A stretch of 64,000 bases of DNA from Gemmatimonas sp. (GCA_965279375.1 OZ257156.1:4320001-4384000), one strand, 5' to 3'; shown: positions 26,633 to 36,475, counted from the first letter of the stretch. The notes: a model not told the origin generated them from the letters alone. Translations and numbers: made by a program.

Positions 26633-26896
26633 GTGCGGCACGCCGTGTCGCCATTCGGGGTGCAGTCCGATGGCGCGCGGCAGCTGCTCGGCGTCAGCCT
26701 CGATGTGCTGCACAAGATCCCCTTCACCGTCCTGCCCTATCTCCGCCTCGGCACGCATCGCTGGTATCTGGTGCGACACCTCGAGCTGCTGGCGGAACGC
26801 CTGATCGCGCTGCGCATCGCGCGAGGCGCACCCAAACACATGGAGTCGCTGCACGAACTGCTGCGCGACCTCCCCACGATGGACTACGCGCAATGA
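26633..26896 (+). CDS. Small excisionase-like HTH protein
   Basis: ARQLLGVSLDVLHKIP...LPYLRLGTHRWY. Confidence 0.5.
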   Translation: MRHAVSPFGVQSDGARQLLGVSLDVLHKIPFTVLPYLRLGTHRWYLVRHLELLAERLIALRIARGAPKHMESLHELLRDLPTMDYAQ

Positions 26897-27867
26897 CCCC
26901 TGTGTATCCGAAACTGGCGTTCGACCGAGAAGAGTTGGAGGCGGCACGTGCCGAGGCGCTGCTACGGACTCGTGGCTATCGGCTGCTCGCCCCCTTCACC
27001 GGTGGCAAGGCCGTCTACGCCCACGAGACGGTGTATGATGCGCCGGAAGCGATCGCCTGTGGCCTGATGGTCGATACCGAGACGACGGGCAACGATCCGC
27101 GCGTTGACCAGGCGATTCAACTCGCGATCGTACCGTTCTACTACGCCGTCGACAGTGGGGCCGTGCTGACGGTGGAGCGCGCGTATGCCGCGCTCGAGGA
27201 ACCCACGCGCGCGATCGCCGCGGAAGCGACCGCCGTGCATGGTCTGTCGATCGAGGATGTGCGGAACGAACGTTTCGATGACGAGCGCGTCGCGGCGCTG
27301 TTTGCGCGCGCCTCGCTCGTGCTCGCACACAACGCCGCGTTCGACATGCCGATTCTCGCGCGGCGCTTTCCGACGATCATCGCGACGCAGGGCGCTCCGG
27401 TGTGGGGCTGCACCTGGCAGGACATCGACTGGAAGGCGCGTGGCTATGACAGTGCGAAACTCGGTGCGCTGCTGCAGGGCCACACGGGATATCACTTCGC
27501 CGGTCATGACGCGGCTGACGACTGCTATGCCGCCGTGCACGTGATCGCGCAGCCATTCGCCGATGGCACGACACCCTTGGCGGAGCTACGCAGGACGCTC
27601 GCGCGCAGTCGCGTGCGCGTCTTCGCCGTCGGGGCGGCCTTCGAGGCGAAGGACAAGCTGTCGGCGCGTGGGTATCGCTGGAATGATCCGAGTAAGCCAG
27701 GCGCACCCTTCCCGAACGACGCGAAGGCGTGGGTGCGAGAACTCGCGGATGACGAGCTCGAGGCGGAGCGCGGACGGCTCGACACGGACGTGTATCGCTT
27801 CATCGGCGGCAGCCTGCGTGCACTGGTCGATACGATCGATCCCGCCACGCGTTTTCTGCGAGGCTGA
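26893..27867 (+). CDS. DnaQ-like DEDDh 3'-5' exonuclease
   Basis: VDTETTG, AHNAAFD and HDAADDC motifs. Confidence 0.9.
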   Translation: MTPVYPKLAFDREELEAARAEALLRTRGYRLLAPFTGGKAVYAHETVYDAPEAIACGLMVDTETTGNDPRVDQAIQLAIVPFYYAVDSGAVLTVERAYAALEEPTRAIAAEATAVHGLSIEDVRNERFDDERVAALFARASLVLAHNAAFDMPILARRFPTIIATQGAPVWGCTWQDIDWKARGYDSAKLGALLQGHTGYHFAGHDAADDCYAAVHVIAQPFADGTTPLAELRRTLARSRVRVFAVGAAFEAKDKLSARGYRWNDPSKPGAPFPNDAKAWVRELADDELEAERGRLDTDVYRFIGGSLRALVDTIDPATRFLRG

Positions 27868-27868
27868 G

Positions 27869-28243
27869 ATGACGATTGCGGCCGTGCCGGATGCCGATGT
27901 CCGGACCTTCGAGGCGGTGCTGGAGCAGTGGACGCACGATGAAGTTGTCTTGCGTCGACATGGCCAGCACGCCCTGGCGGATCAACTCGCGCAGTGTGCG
28001 GCCGATGTGCGCGCCGGCGCCGAGGAATTCCTCACGCTCCTCGCTGAGTCGGAAGCCGCGCTCTACAGCGGTGAGACCGCACGTTGGTTGCAGAAGCGAT
28101 TCCCGGCGCTCGAGCGGCGTGGTCTCGCGCTCAAGCGTGGCCGGACGCGCTACTATCGCCAGTGTGCGATTCCTCGCCGCGCCGAGACCGCGCGGGCCTT
28201 TGAGGCAGGCCGCGATGCGGCACGCCGCACCAAGAGCGCCTGA
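27869..28243 (+). CDS. Hypothetical protein upstream of the integrase (possible recombination directionality factor)
   Basis: LAESEAALYSGETARWL...RYY is a winged-HTH-like segment; position next to int. Confidence 0.55.
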   Translation: MTIAAVPDADVRTFEAVLEQWTHDEVVLRRHGQHALADQLAQCAADVRAGAEEFLTLLAESEAALYSGETARWLQKRFPALERRGLALKRGRTRYYRQCAIPRRAETARAFEAGRDAARRTKSA

Positions 28244-28245
28244 CC

Positions 28246-29586
28246 ATGACGACTGCGCGCACGACGAAGAAGCGGAAGGAGCTGTATCGCGCGGGTCGCC
28301 ATGGCGACACCGTGCGCGTGGTCGTCGATACCGTCGAGCAGCGCGCGATTGTCTACTACCGCGACGCCGATGGCGTCGAGCACAAGAAGAAGTACCCTCT
28401 GAGCAAAGAGGGGCGCGCCGAAGCGATCGCGTTCGCGGAAGGGTGGCACGCGGAGCGCGAGCGCATGGTGCGGGCGCGACGCGAGGCCGTCACCCAGACT
28501 GTCGTGACGGTGCGAGATCTCTGGACTGCCTTCAAGGCAAGCGAGTTCTCGAGTGATGTCGGCGAAGGCCTGCGCCAGGCGACACAGGTGTCGTACACGC
28601 ACCACTTCCGCCGCTTCGAACTGTTCGTTGGGAAGGATCGTGCGGCCGAATCCATCAAGGTCCATGAGCTGGCGACGATGCGGAAGGAGGAGCGGGCCGC
28701 AGGGCGCGCCCTCAACCAGACGCGCCAGACCATGAACGTGGTGCGCATTGTGTTTCGCTGGGGCATCGAGCACGAGATGCTGCAGCACTCCCCGCTGGCC
28801 GTGATGCGGTGGAAGACCCGCAAGGATGCGCCCGCCCCGTTGGCTCCTGACGAGTACTCGACCGAGGAGTTCGAAGCGCTGCTGCGGGTCGTGGATCGCG
28901 ACGACACGCGGCAGTGGCGCGCGTGGGTGTTCCTGATGCTGGCCGGCCACTACGGGCAGCGCGCGAACGCCGTGCTGCATCTGCGGTGGCGCGACATCGA
29001 TGTCGATGCCGGCGTGATCACGTGGCCAGGGCGCTACCAGAAGCAGGGCAAGGACCTCCCGCGGCCGTTGACCTGGGAGGCGTGGTCGGCGCTCCTCACC
29101 GCGCGGGCGCAACGTGAACGGGTGGTCACATTCAAGAAACTGGCACACCACACCAATACTTTGGCGTCCGCAGCCCGGTTAGATGAGGCCGACTGGGTCC
29201 TCTTCGCAGAGCGCGACAAGGCCAAACCGATGAGCTACCAGTCGATGCACTACCACCTCGTCCACGCGGAGAAGCGCGCCAAGGTCGAGCCCAAGCCGTA
29301 CCGGAAGGCGCACGGATTCCGCCGCATGGTGGTGGGCAACGTGATTGCCGCGACCGGTGACCGGATGCTCGGGCTCGAGGTCGTGGGCGACAAGGATCCC
29401 AAGGTCCTGACGTCCTACGATCGGCGGCTGGCGGCCCGGGTGGCGGCCGGCATGGCGGCGGTCGCGACGACCGGGGCCGATGGAGAGGCATTGTCGAAAG
29501 CGTCCCGGAATCTTCCCGACGTGCCGACAAACGAAACGGCGCCCACCGAAGCGGACGCCGTAAACCCAACAACGACAGAGGTTTAG
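28246..29586 (+). CDS. int: Tyrosine recombinase / phage integrase
   Basis: YGQRANAVLHLRWRDID (R), QK, AHGFRR (HxxR), GDKDPKVLTSY (Y). Confidence 0.9.
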   Translation: MTTARTTKKRKELYRAGRHGDTVRVVVDTVEQRAIVYYRDADGVEHKKKYPLSKEGRAEAIAFAEGWHAERERMVRARREAVTQTVVTVRDLWTAFKASEFSSDVGEGLRQATQVSYTHHFRRFELFVGKDRAAESIKVHELATMRKEERAAGRALNQTRQTMNVVRIVFRWGIEHEMLQHSPLAVMRWKTRKDAPAPLAPDEYSTEEFEALLRVVDRDDTRQWRAWVFLMLAGHYGQRANAVLHLRWRDIDVDAGVITWPGRYQKQGKDLPRPLTWEAWSALLTARAQRERVVTFKKLAHHTNTLASAARLDEADWVLFAERDKAKPMSYQSMHYHLVHAEKRAKVEPKPYRKAHGFRRMVVGNVIAATGDRMLGLEVVGDKDPKVLTSYDRRLAARVAAGMAAVATTGADGEALSKASRNLPDVPTNETAPTEADAVNPTTTEV

Positions 29587-29601
29587 CAATGCTACCCCGA
29601 G

Positions 29602-29673
29602 AGCCACAGATCGGGATTGAACCGATGACCGCCCGATTACGAATCGGGTGCTCTACCGCTGAGCTACTGTGGC
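29602..29673 (-). tRNA. tRNA-Thr(CGT); probable integration site
   Basis: Cloverleaf; anticodon arm CCCGA-TTCGTAA-TCGGG; no encoded CCA. Confidence 0.95.
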
Positions 29674-29706
29674 GACTGCAACAACACCTGCGAACCGTGT
29701 CGAGCA

Positions 29707-29788
29707 TGCCTTCGCGCGGACTCGAACCGCGACGCCTTTCGGCACTACCACCTCAAAGTAGCGTGTCTACCAATTTCACCACGAAGGC
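29707..29788 (-). tRNA. tRNA-Leu(GAG)
   Basis: Anticodon loop TTGAGGT; long variable arm. Confidence 0.95.
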
Positions 29789-29862
29789 AGTCTGCTCGAC
29801 GGCGGTACTCCAACTCCAGACCCAAACCGCAATCGAACCTTGCGGTGACATCTCGCAAACTA

Positions 29863-29937
29863 CGGGAGCGACGGGGCTCGAACCCGCGACCTCTCGAGTG
29901 ACAGTCGAGTGCTCTAACCAAACTGAGCTACGCCCCC
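29863..29937 (-). tRNA. tRNA-Asp(GTC)
   Basis: CTCGA-CTGTCAC-TCGAG. Confidence 0.95.
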
Positions 29938-30038
29938 AACACCGAACGAACCAGAGGAACCGTAGCGTGACCGCTCGTGCTCACGTGCTCGCTTGCTGCA
30001 CCAACCCTGCTGCTCCCCCGACTCCTACCGGGGAGCCA

Positions 30039-30110
30039 TAGCCCCAACGGGAGTCGAACCCGTCTCTCGACCTTGAAAGGGTCGCGTCCTAACCGATAGA
30101 CGATGGAGCC
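30039..30110 (-). tRNA. tRNA-Glu(TTC)
   Basis: CGACC-CTTTCAA-GGTCG. Confidence 0.95.
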
Positions 30111-30138
30111 GACTTTCCTACAGACCAGCACCTGCCAG

Positions 30139-30211
30139 TAGCGGTAACGGGATTCGAACCCGTGTTCCAGCCTTGAGAGGGCTGTGTCCTAGTCCCCTAG
30201 ACGATACCGCC
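30139..30211 (-). tRNA. tRNA-Glu(CTC)
   Basis: CAGCC-CTCTCAA-GGCTG. Confidence 0.95.
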
Positions 30212-30380
30212 AAGGTGATTCCGCCGGAGGCGGAATCGCCCTGGCGGTCTCGGGAGATGCGCATCGCTTCGCGAAGCACACCCCTTCCTGCTTCGAGTCG
30301 TGATCGCGTTGCGGTCACTCCTCTCTTCGAGCTCGGCCGACAACCCGAACCCGCTCGAACATCGACAACGTGTGCACCAA

Positions 30381-30453
30381 CAGGCCCGGAGGGAATCGAA
30401 CCCCCAACCGCCGGTTTTGGAGACCGGTGCTCTACCAATTGAGCTACGGACCT
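30381..30453 (-). tRNA. tRNA-Trp(CCA)
   Basis: CCGGT-CTCCAAA-ACCGG. Confidence 0.95.
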
Positions 30454-30486
30454 CCGAGGCGGAGGCCTGACGGCTGCCGCTCGCAG

Positions 30487-30561
30487 GGTGACCAACGGGA
30501 ATTGAACCCGCAACCCCCGGAACCACAATCCGGTGCTCTAACCAATTGAGCTATGGCCACC
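30487..30561 (-). tRNA. tRNA-His(GTG)
   Basis: CCGGA-TTGTGGT-TCCGG; G-1:C73 present. Confidence 0.95.
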
Positions 30562-30639
30562 ATGGTCGGATGCGAACGCTTTTTTACGACGCTGCACCCG
30601 CACGATCACTCCGGTCAGTCACCTGAATCAGAGCACAAA

Positions 30640-30668
30640 ATCGTAACTACTCGAACACCCGTTTGCAA
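30640..30668 (-). promoter_or_regulatory. Sigma70 promoter of the tRNA operon
   Basis: TTGCAA-17 bp-TACGAT on the minus strand. Confidence 0.65.
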
Positions 30669-30691
30669 GCGGTGTTGCGTGATTCAGCTGC

Positions 30692-31258
30692 TTAGTCCTT
30701 CGCGCGATCCAGATACTCGCCCGTCGTCGGATTCACGCGCACGCGCGTGCCCGATTCCACGAATTCCGGAACGTTGATCGTCACGCCGTTCTCGAGCTTT
30801 GCCGGCTTCGACGACGCGTTCTTCGTCGCACCGCGCACAACCGGCGCCGTCTCGACAATCTCGAACACCATCGAGTTCGGCAGTTCCACGCCAATCGGGC
30901 GACCGTTGTAGAACTCGCAGATGATCTTCATGCCAGGCTGCATCCAAGGCGCCGAATCACCCAACGCCTCTTCATCCATCTCGAGCTGATCGTAGTTCGA
31001 GACGTTCATGAAGTGGAACGTGTCTCCACCCTGATACATGAACTCGAGTTCCAACGTCTCCATCGACGCCTTCTCGATCGCATCCGCCGCGCGGAAACGA
31101 TGTTCGAAGTTGGAACCCGTACGCAGGTTCTTCATCTTCGCCTGCACCATCGCGCGGAGGTTACCCGGCGTGTGGTGACGGAATTCGATGATGCGGCACG
31201 GATCGCCCTCGAAGACGAGGACCATGCCGCGGCGGATCTGAGTCGCAGGAATGGCCAT
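30692..31258 (-). CDS. efp: Elongation factor P
   Basis: IRRGMVL...HHTPGNLRAMVQ...KPAKLENGVTINVPEFV...TGEYLDRA. Confidence 0.95.
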   Translation of the reverse strand: MAIPATQIRRGMVLVFEGDPCRIIEFRHHTPGNLRAMVQAKMKNLRTGSNFEHRFRAADAIEKASMETLELEFMYQGGDTFHFMNVSNYDQLEMDEEALGDSAPWMQPGMKIICEFYNGRPIGVELPNSMVFEIVETAPVVRGATKNASSKPAKLENGVTINVPEFVESGTRVRVNPTTGEYLDRAKD

Positions 31259-31397
31259 GCGAACGACACCTTCGACTAAGGGACACCGAGACGTGGCGCC
31301 GTTCACTTTCGCGAAGGTCGCCTGTGCATCATCGGTTCAGTGACATGCCAAGTACAGCCCCGCAACGTAACCCGGCTCAGTACGTCAGGTCAACCGA

Positions 31398-32006
31398 CTA
31401 GCGAAGGAACGTTGTCACGCCGCCAAGAACTCCAGTCCTCCGCTCGGCGCCCGGCGGTGGCGGTGGCCCGCCCGAACCGCTCCGACGCTCCGCTTCGAGC
31501 ACCACATCCAGCAGATGTCGACGCCCGATGCCAGACTCGACGCGAAGGACCACCACGCGTTCGGAAAAGTGATCGGCGATCCCCTGCACGAGCCCCTCCA
31601 GCGCCGCGGCAACCTCCGGTACACCAGACACGCCAAGCCGCAACGTTTTCGCGTCCCGCAGCTCCACGTCCACATACGGCGGTTCGAGGTCGGGAAACAG
31701 CGCGCTGCTGACATCGCTCGCCACCGCAGTGATCTGCAGCAGCAGCTCTCGCGAGGACTGATACCGCCGCCCCAGCACCGGAAGCTCGCGAAAAAGCGGC
31801 GCGACCAATCCGCGCCCCAACAACACGCACAGCTCGGTGGTCGCTTCCTGCCGGACCGAGGCGAGCGCCGTCACGAACGTGGATGCTCGCGAGGTCACCC
31901 CCAGATCGAGCGTGCGCGAAATCGCCGATGCACGGGTCGCCGCCAACACCGCGTCCCCGTACTGCGCGCGCACCGCGTCCTCAAGCATGACCAGTATCGA
32001 CGGCAT
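31398..32006 (-). CDS. H-NOX/HNOB-like protein lacking the heme-binding residues
   Basis: LEDAVRAQYGD...LLGR...LFPDLEPP...EGLVQGIADHFSE matches the H-NOX framework. Confidence 0.55.
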   Translation of the reverse strand: MPSILVMLEDAVRAQYGDAVLAATRASAISRTLDLGVTSRASTFVTALASVRQEATTELCVLLGRGLVAPLFRELPVLGRRYQSSRELLLQITAVASDVSSALFPDLEPPYVDVELRDAKTLRLGVSGVPEVAAALEGLVQGIADHFSERVVVLRVESGIGRRHLLDVVLEAERRSGSGGPPPPPGAERRTGVLGGVTTFLR

Positions 32007-32141
32007 CGTTGGTTCAGGATCCTCGACCGCGTGGATGAGCCGCGCAGGCGGGCGCCCTCTGCGCCGCCACGGCCCTAATCAACCCCATGCGGATACGACG
32101 ATCTGACCCGTTCGAACGGCACGTCTCCTTGGGCCGCCCGC

Positions 32142-32900
32142 CTAGTGCGCCGCGGCTCCGACGCCTTCGCTCTGCCAGCCCGTGAATGTGGGCGTCAGAG
32201 CGGCCCACATGGTGGCCGCCACGCGCTTGGAGCCCTCCACGTTGGGGTGGATGCCATCCGCCTGATTGAGGCGCGGATCGCCAGCGACCCCCTGCAGGAG
32301 GAACGGCAGCAACGTCACCCCCATCGCTTTGGCCGCCTTGTCGTAGACGGCGTGAAACCGCGAGGTGTAGTCGCGGCCGAGGTTGGTCGGCGCCTCCATC
32401 TGCACGAGCAGAAGCGTCGCCGAGGGCTGACGTTTGCGAACCATGCCAATCAGCGCCACCAGATTGGCATACGTCGAATCAGGATCGACGCCGCGCAGCC
32501 CATCGTTGGCGCCCACCTCGAGCACGACGGCGGCCGCCGGTTGCTCGAGCACCCACCCCGCGCGGCGCAGCGCGCCAGCCGACGTCTCGCCGCTCAAGCC
32601 GGCATTGACGACGCTGATTCGGAATCCCGCCGAGTCCGCCTTGCGTTGTAGAAGCGCGGGGTACGCCTGGTCGGGATCGAGGCCGAGGCCGGCCGTCAGA
32701 CTGGTACCGAGAATCACGACGCGACGAAGCGACGTGGCGCTGGTACTCGCCGCGGTTGCCCCGGAGCCAGACGCTCCGGTTGATTCCAACGTCGATTGCG
32801 ACGTCGGCGTAGGCGTAGCGCTGTCGGCGGCGGCAGCAGGTTTGCCATCGCCGCACGCGCCCAGCCCGCACGCCAGCACACCGCTCAAGGCGAGACGCAT
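32142..32900 (-). CDS. tesA: Arylesterase / acyl-CoA thioesterase I (SGNH), lipoprotein
   Basis: GTSLTAG, NAGLSGETS, GANDGLRG, DGIHPN; divergent from ybbA. Confidence 0.85.
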   Translation of the reverse strand: MRLALSGVLACGLGACGDGKPAAAADSATPTPTSQSTLESTGASGSGATAASTSATSLRRVVILGTSLTAGLGLDPDQAYPALLQRKADSAGFRISVVNAGLSGETSAGALRRAGWVLEQPAAAVVLEVGANDGLRGVDPDSTYANLVALIGMVRKRQPSATLLLVQMEAPTNLGRDYTSRFHAVYDKAAKAMGVTLLPFLLQGVAGDPRLNQADGIHPNVEGSKRVAATMWAALTPTFTGWQSEGVGAAAH

Positions 32901-32931
32901 CGCCCATTCACTTCCCTTCCGCTTTGATCGC

Positions 32932-33648
32932 ATGCTCGTCGCCCGCGGGTTGACCAAGGAATACCAGAGTGGCACGCAGAAGCTCGTCGTGCTGAATGAT
33001 GTGTCGTTCGAAGTGCCACAGGGGGCTTTCGTCTCGATCGTCGGCCCCTCGGGGAGTGGCAAGACGACGCTGCTTGGCTTGCTCGCCGGCCTCGATACCC
33101 CAAGTCGTGGCACGGTTTCCTTCGATGGCACGGACATTGGCAGCCTCGGCGAAGACGAACGCGCGAAACTGCGCGGAGAGAAAGTTGGGTTCGTGTTCCA
33201 AAGCTTTCAATTGATCCCGACGCTGACAGCGCTCGAGAACGTGCAGGTGCCCCTCGAATTGGCGGGCAAGGTGTCCTCGCGCGATTCCGCCGCGCGCGCC
33301 GCGGACTTGCTCGCGCGCGTGGGCCTGGGCGATCGCACGCACCACTTTCCGCAGCAGCTCTCCGGTGGCGAGCAACAGCGCGTCGCACTCGCGCGCGCCT
33401 TCGTGAACGAACCGCGCATCCTCTTCGCCGACGAGCCGACGGGTAACCTCGACGGCTCCACCGGTGAACGCATCGTCGAGCTGCTCATGTCGCTCAATCG
33501 CGAGCGCGGCTGCACGATCGTGCTCGTCACACACGACGCGACGCTCGCGGCGCGCACACAGCGCACCATTCGCCTGAAGGACGGCGTGGTCGTGGAAGAC
33601 GTGCTGCACCCGGAGTTCGACGCAGCGGCTTCCAACATCGCCCGATGA
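32932..33648 (+). CDS. ybbA: ABC transporter ATP-binding protein (YbbA/LolD-like)
   Basis: GPSGSGKT, LSGGEQQRV, ADEPTGNLD. Confidence 0.9.
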   Translation: MLVARGLTKEYQSGTQKLVVLNDVSFEVPQGAFVSIVGPSGSGKTTLLGLLAGLDTPSRGTVSFDGTDIGSLGEDERAKLRGEKVGFVFQSFQLIPTLTALENVQVPLELAGKVSSRDSAARAADLLARVGLGDRTHHFPQQLSGGEQQRVALARAFVNEPRILFADEPTGNLDGSTGERIVELLMSLNRERGCTIVLVTHDATLAARTQRTIRLKDGVVVEDVLHPEFDAAASNIAR

Positions 33649-36443
33649 CGACCGCGGCACTCCTCCGACTCGCGTGGCGCGAGAGTCGCACGGCACGTCG
33701 CCGGCTTGCGCTCTACATGTCGTCGATCGCCTTCGGTGCTGCGGCGCTCGTCGCGATCGACTCGTTCGCCGGCAACGTCACACGCTCCATTCGCGATCAG
33801 TCGCGCACACTTCTTGGCGGCGACCTGTCCATGCAGGCGGGGCGCGTCTTCCCGGCCGTCGTGGACACGCTGCTCGACTCGCTCTCCAAGGCGAACATTC
33901 CGTCGGCGCGCGTCACCACGTTCGCGTCGATGGCGCAGGCGCAGCGCACAGGCAACACACGGTTGGTGCAGGTGCGTGCGGTGACGCCGGGCTTTCCGTT
34001 CTACGGCGAGATCGAAACGAATCCCAAGGGGCTCTGGAGCACGGTCCACGACTCGCCGATCGTCTTCGTGGATGCGTCGTTGCTGATCTCGCTCGATGCG
34101 CAGGTTGGCGATTCGCTGCGGCTTGGCACGCAGATGTTCCGCATCGCCGGAACGCTGGGCAATGTGCCCGGTGACGCCGGCATCGCGTCGGTGATCGGGC
34201 CACGCGTGTATTTCTCCTCGCGATGGACCGAGGCCACCGGTCTGCTTCGCTTCGGCAGCCGCGCCGAATACAAGGCGGTGCTGCGATTGCCGCCAGCGCT
34301 CGCCTCGACCGACGCCGCCGCGAAGACTCGCCTCGCCTTGCTGCGGCGCGTGGACCCGGCCGGCGCTGCGGCCTTCGAGAAGGCAGAAGCATCGCGCCGT
34401 CGGCGAGATGGCAACGACGCGCCCAGCGACGCACCGGAAGAGCCGTCGCGTACGCCGAATACCGTGACCGATTCGACCAAGCCGCTCGCCGTCACCGTGG
34501 CCGACTCCGCACGCGGCGCAGCGGCAGACAGCGCAAGGCCGGACAGCGCCACCGGGCTCTCGTCGGCGGTGCCACCCGCACGCGTGCGCATGCGCACCGT
34601 TGCAGACACGGAGCGCGACTTTACGTCGGCCGTCGCGCAGCTCGCCGACTTTCTCAGCATCATCGGTCTGATCGCGTTGCTGTTGGGCGGCATCGGTGTC
34701 GCCAGCGGCGTGAACGCGTTCGTCTCGAGCAAGATCGACACGGTGGCTGTCCTGCGTTGTCTGGGTGCCACGGGCCGTCAGGTGCTTGCACTGTACGTCG
34801 TGCAGGCGGGCGCCATGGGGCTCGTCGGCGCGAGCGCTGGCGCCGCGCTGGGAGTGGCGGTGCAGTTTCTGTTGCCGCGCGTCGTGTCCGACTTCCTGCC
34901 GATCGACGTGACCATCGCACTCGAGCCGCGGCCGTTGCTGCTCGGCTTGGCGACGGGTGTGTGGGTGTCGCTGGTGTTCGCAATGCGCCCATTGCTGGCG
35001 CTGCGTCGCGTATCGCCGCTGCAAGCCATTCGACGCGAAGCCGATGCGACGGCGCTGCCACGCGAGTGGAAGGATCTCGCCCGCTTGTCTGTCGATGGGC
35101 TGCTGGTCGGCAGCATCGTCGCGATCATCGTGGCGCGCATGGGCGACTGGCGCGACGGGTTGATCATCAGCGCGTCGATCACGGGTGCGGTCGCCGTGTT
35201 GTGGGTATCCGCGACGGCGCTGATCGCCGCGGCGCGCCGCAGCACGCGCGCCTCTTGGCCGTTCGAGTTGCGCCAGGGTATCGCCAATCTCCATCGCCCC
35301 GCCAATCAAACGCGCGCCGTCACGCTGGCACTCGGCTTCGGCGCGTTCCTGCTCAGCACCGTGTATCTCGTGCAGTCCAACCTGCTGGGACGTGTGCAGA
35401 GCACCGCCGATGCATCGGCAGGCAACCTGTTGTTCTTCGATGTGCAGGACGATCAGGCGGCGCCGCTCGACTCGATTCTGGCGTCGCGCAAGTTGGAGGT
35501 GGTGCAGCGTACGCCGATCGTGACGATGCGCGTGGATGCAATCAACGGGCGCAGCGTTGCCGCGCTGGTCGCCGACACGACGGTTAAGCGCGCAGGATGG
35601 GCGCTCCGTCGCGAATTCCGCTCGACGTATCGCGAAAAGATCGTGGATTCCGAAAAGCTGCTGTCGGGAAGCTGGTTCCCTGACAGTGCAGCGCGAGCCC
35701 GTGATCGCGTCGCACATCCGGATGCGCCATTCCCCGTGTCCTTCGAGCGCGACGTTGCACGTGATCTGGGCGTGGCTATCGGCGACACGGTGACATGGAA
35801 TGTGCAGGGCGTTCCCGTGCGTACGGTCATCACGAACTTGCGGACGGTCGACTGGGCGCGTTTCGAAGCGAATTTCTTTCTCGTCTTCGCGCCGGAAGCG
35901 ATTCGCAATGCGCCGCAGCAGTTCGTGATCGTGGCCAACGCGCCCGATCCCGACGTGCTCGCCGCCGTGCAGCGTGACGCTGTGCGCCGATTCCCGAACA
36001 TTTCGAGCCTGGATCTCTCGCTGGTGCGTCAGACGATCGGCTCCATCGTCAATCGCGTCACGCTGGCGATCCGCTTCCTCGGCCTGTTCTCGATTGCGAT
36101 GGGCATTCCCGTGCTCTTCAGCGCCGTCGCGGCGACGCGTCGTGCTCGGCTGCGTGAGGGTGTGCTGTTGCGCACGCTGGGAGCGACGCAGGCGCAGGTC
36201 GCGCGCGTGTTGTTGGCGGAGTACGCGGCGTTGGGCGCACTCGGCGCGCTGACCGGAATGGTGCTGGCGTTTGGCGGAGCGTGGGGACTGACGCGCTTCG
36301 TCTTCAAGGACCCGTTCGATCCGGCGGTGCTTCCTGCGTTTGCCATCGCCGGCGGCATGTTGCTCCTGACCATGGGCATCGGACTGCTGACCAGCCGCGA
36401 CGTCTATCGCACCACGCCGATGGCAGCCATTCGCGAAGCCTGA
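33645..36443 (+). CDS. ybbP: ABC transporter permease (YbbP/FtsX-like)
   Basis: Two FtsX-like TM blocks; LAWRESR...LLGGDL; VDW...NFF. Confidence 0.88.
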   Translation: MTTAALLRLAWRESRTARRRLALYMSSIAFGAAALVAIDSFAGNVTRSIRDQSRTLLGGDLSMQAGRVFPAVVDTLLDSLSKANIPSARVTTFASMAQAQRTGNTRLVQVRAVTPGFPFYGEIETNPKGLWSTVHDSPIVFVDASLLISLDAQVGDSLRLGTQMFRIAGTLGNVPGDAGIASVIGPRVYFSSRWTEATGLLRFGSRAEYKAVLRLPPALASTDAAAKTRLALLRRVDPAGAAAFEKAEASRRRRDGNDAPSDAPEEPSRTPNTVTDSTKPLAVTVADSARGAAADSARPDSATGLSSAVPPARVRMRTVADTERDFTSAVAQLADFLSIIGLIALLLGGIGVASGVNAFVSSKIDTVAVLRCLGATGRQVLALYVVQAGAMGLVGASAGAALGVAVQFLLPRVVSDFLPIDVTIALEPRPLLLGLATGVWVSLVFAMRPLLALRRVSPLQAIRREADATALPREWKDLARLSVDGLLVGSIVAIIVARMGDWRDGLIISASITGAVAVLWVSATALIAAARRSTRASWPFELRQGIANLHRPANQTRAVTLALGFGAFLLSTVYLVQSNLLGRVQSTADASAGNLLFFDVQDDQAAPLDSILASRKLEVVQRTPIVTMRVDAINGRSVAALVADTTVKRAGWALRREFRSTYREKIVDSEKLLSGSWFPDSAARARDRVAHPDAPFPVSFERDVARDLGVAIGDTVTWNVQGVPVRTVITNLRTVDWARFEANFFLVFAPEAIRNAPQQFVIVANAPDPDVLAAVQRDAVRRFPNISSLDLSLVRQTIGSIVNRVTLAIRFLGLFSIAMGIPVLFSAVAATRRARLREGVLLRTLGATQAQVARVLLAEYAALGALGALTGMVLAFGGAWGLTRFVFKDPFDPAVLPAFAIAGGMLLLTMGIGLLTSRDVYRTTPMAAIREA

Positions 36444-36475
36444 GCGTCACGCGTCATCACAACGCCGCGCTGCAG

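Larger units (their letters stand above)
1..29650 (+). mobile_element. Prophage (siphovirus-like), right part, integrated at the 3' end of tRNA-Thr; left boundary is outside the window
   Basis: Contiguous, mostly co-directional tail, lysis, recombination (Gp157, AAA, SSB) and tyrosine integrase genes end 15 bp from a tRNA 3' end; housekeeping genes lie beyond. Confidence 0.93.

Noticed and set aside
1..29586. Genome-wide stop-codon reassignment in the prophage (in-frame TAA at 4555, 6904, 14031, 16144; TAG at 8395, 9202)
   Set aside because: Full-length recognisable genes end properly at TAA (radC, Gp157), TAG (integrase) and TGA (ssb), and 6925 and 14034 have their own SD or family-typical N-terminus.
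24424..29586. No replication initiator, helicase or primase in the early module
   Set aside because: The left part of the prophage is outside the window, so absence cannot be judged.
29589..30528. ORFs of 67-150 aa called over the tRNA cluster
   Set aside because: They are translations of tRNA genes and spacers.
29602..30561. None of the tRNA genes encodes the 3' CCA
   Set aside because: Common in many bacteria, where CCA is added enzymatically; not evidence of pseudogenes.
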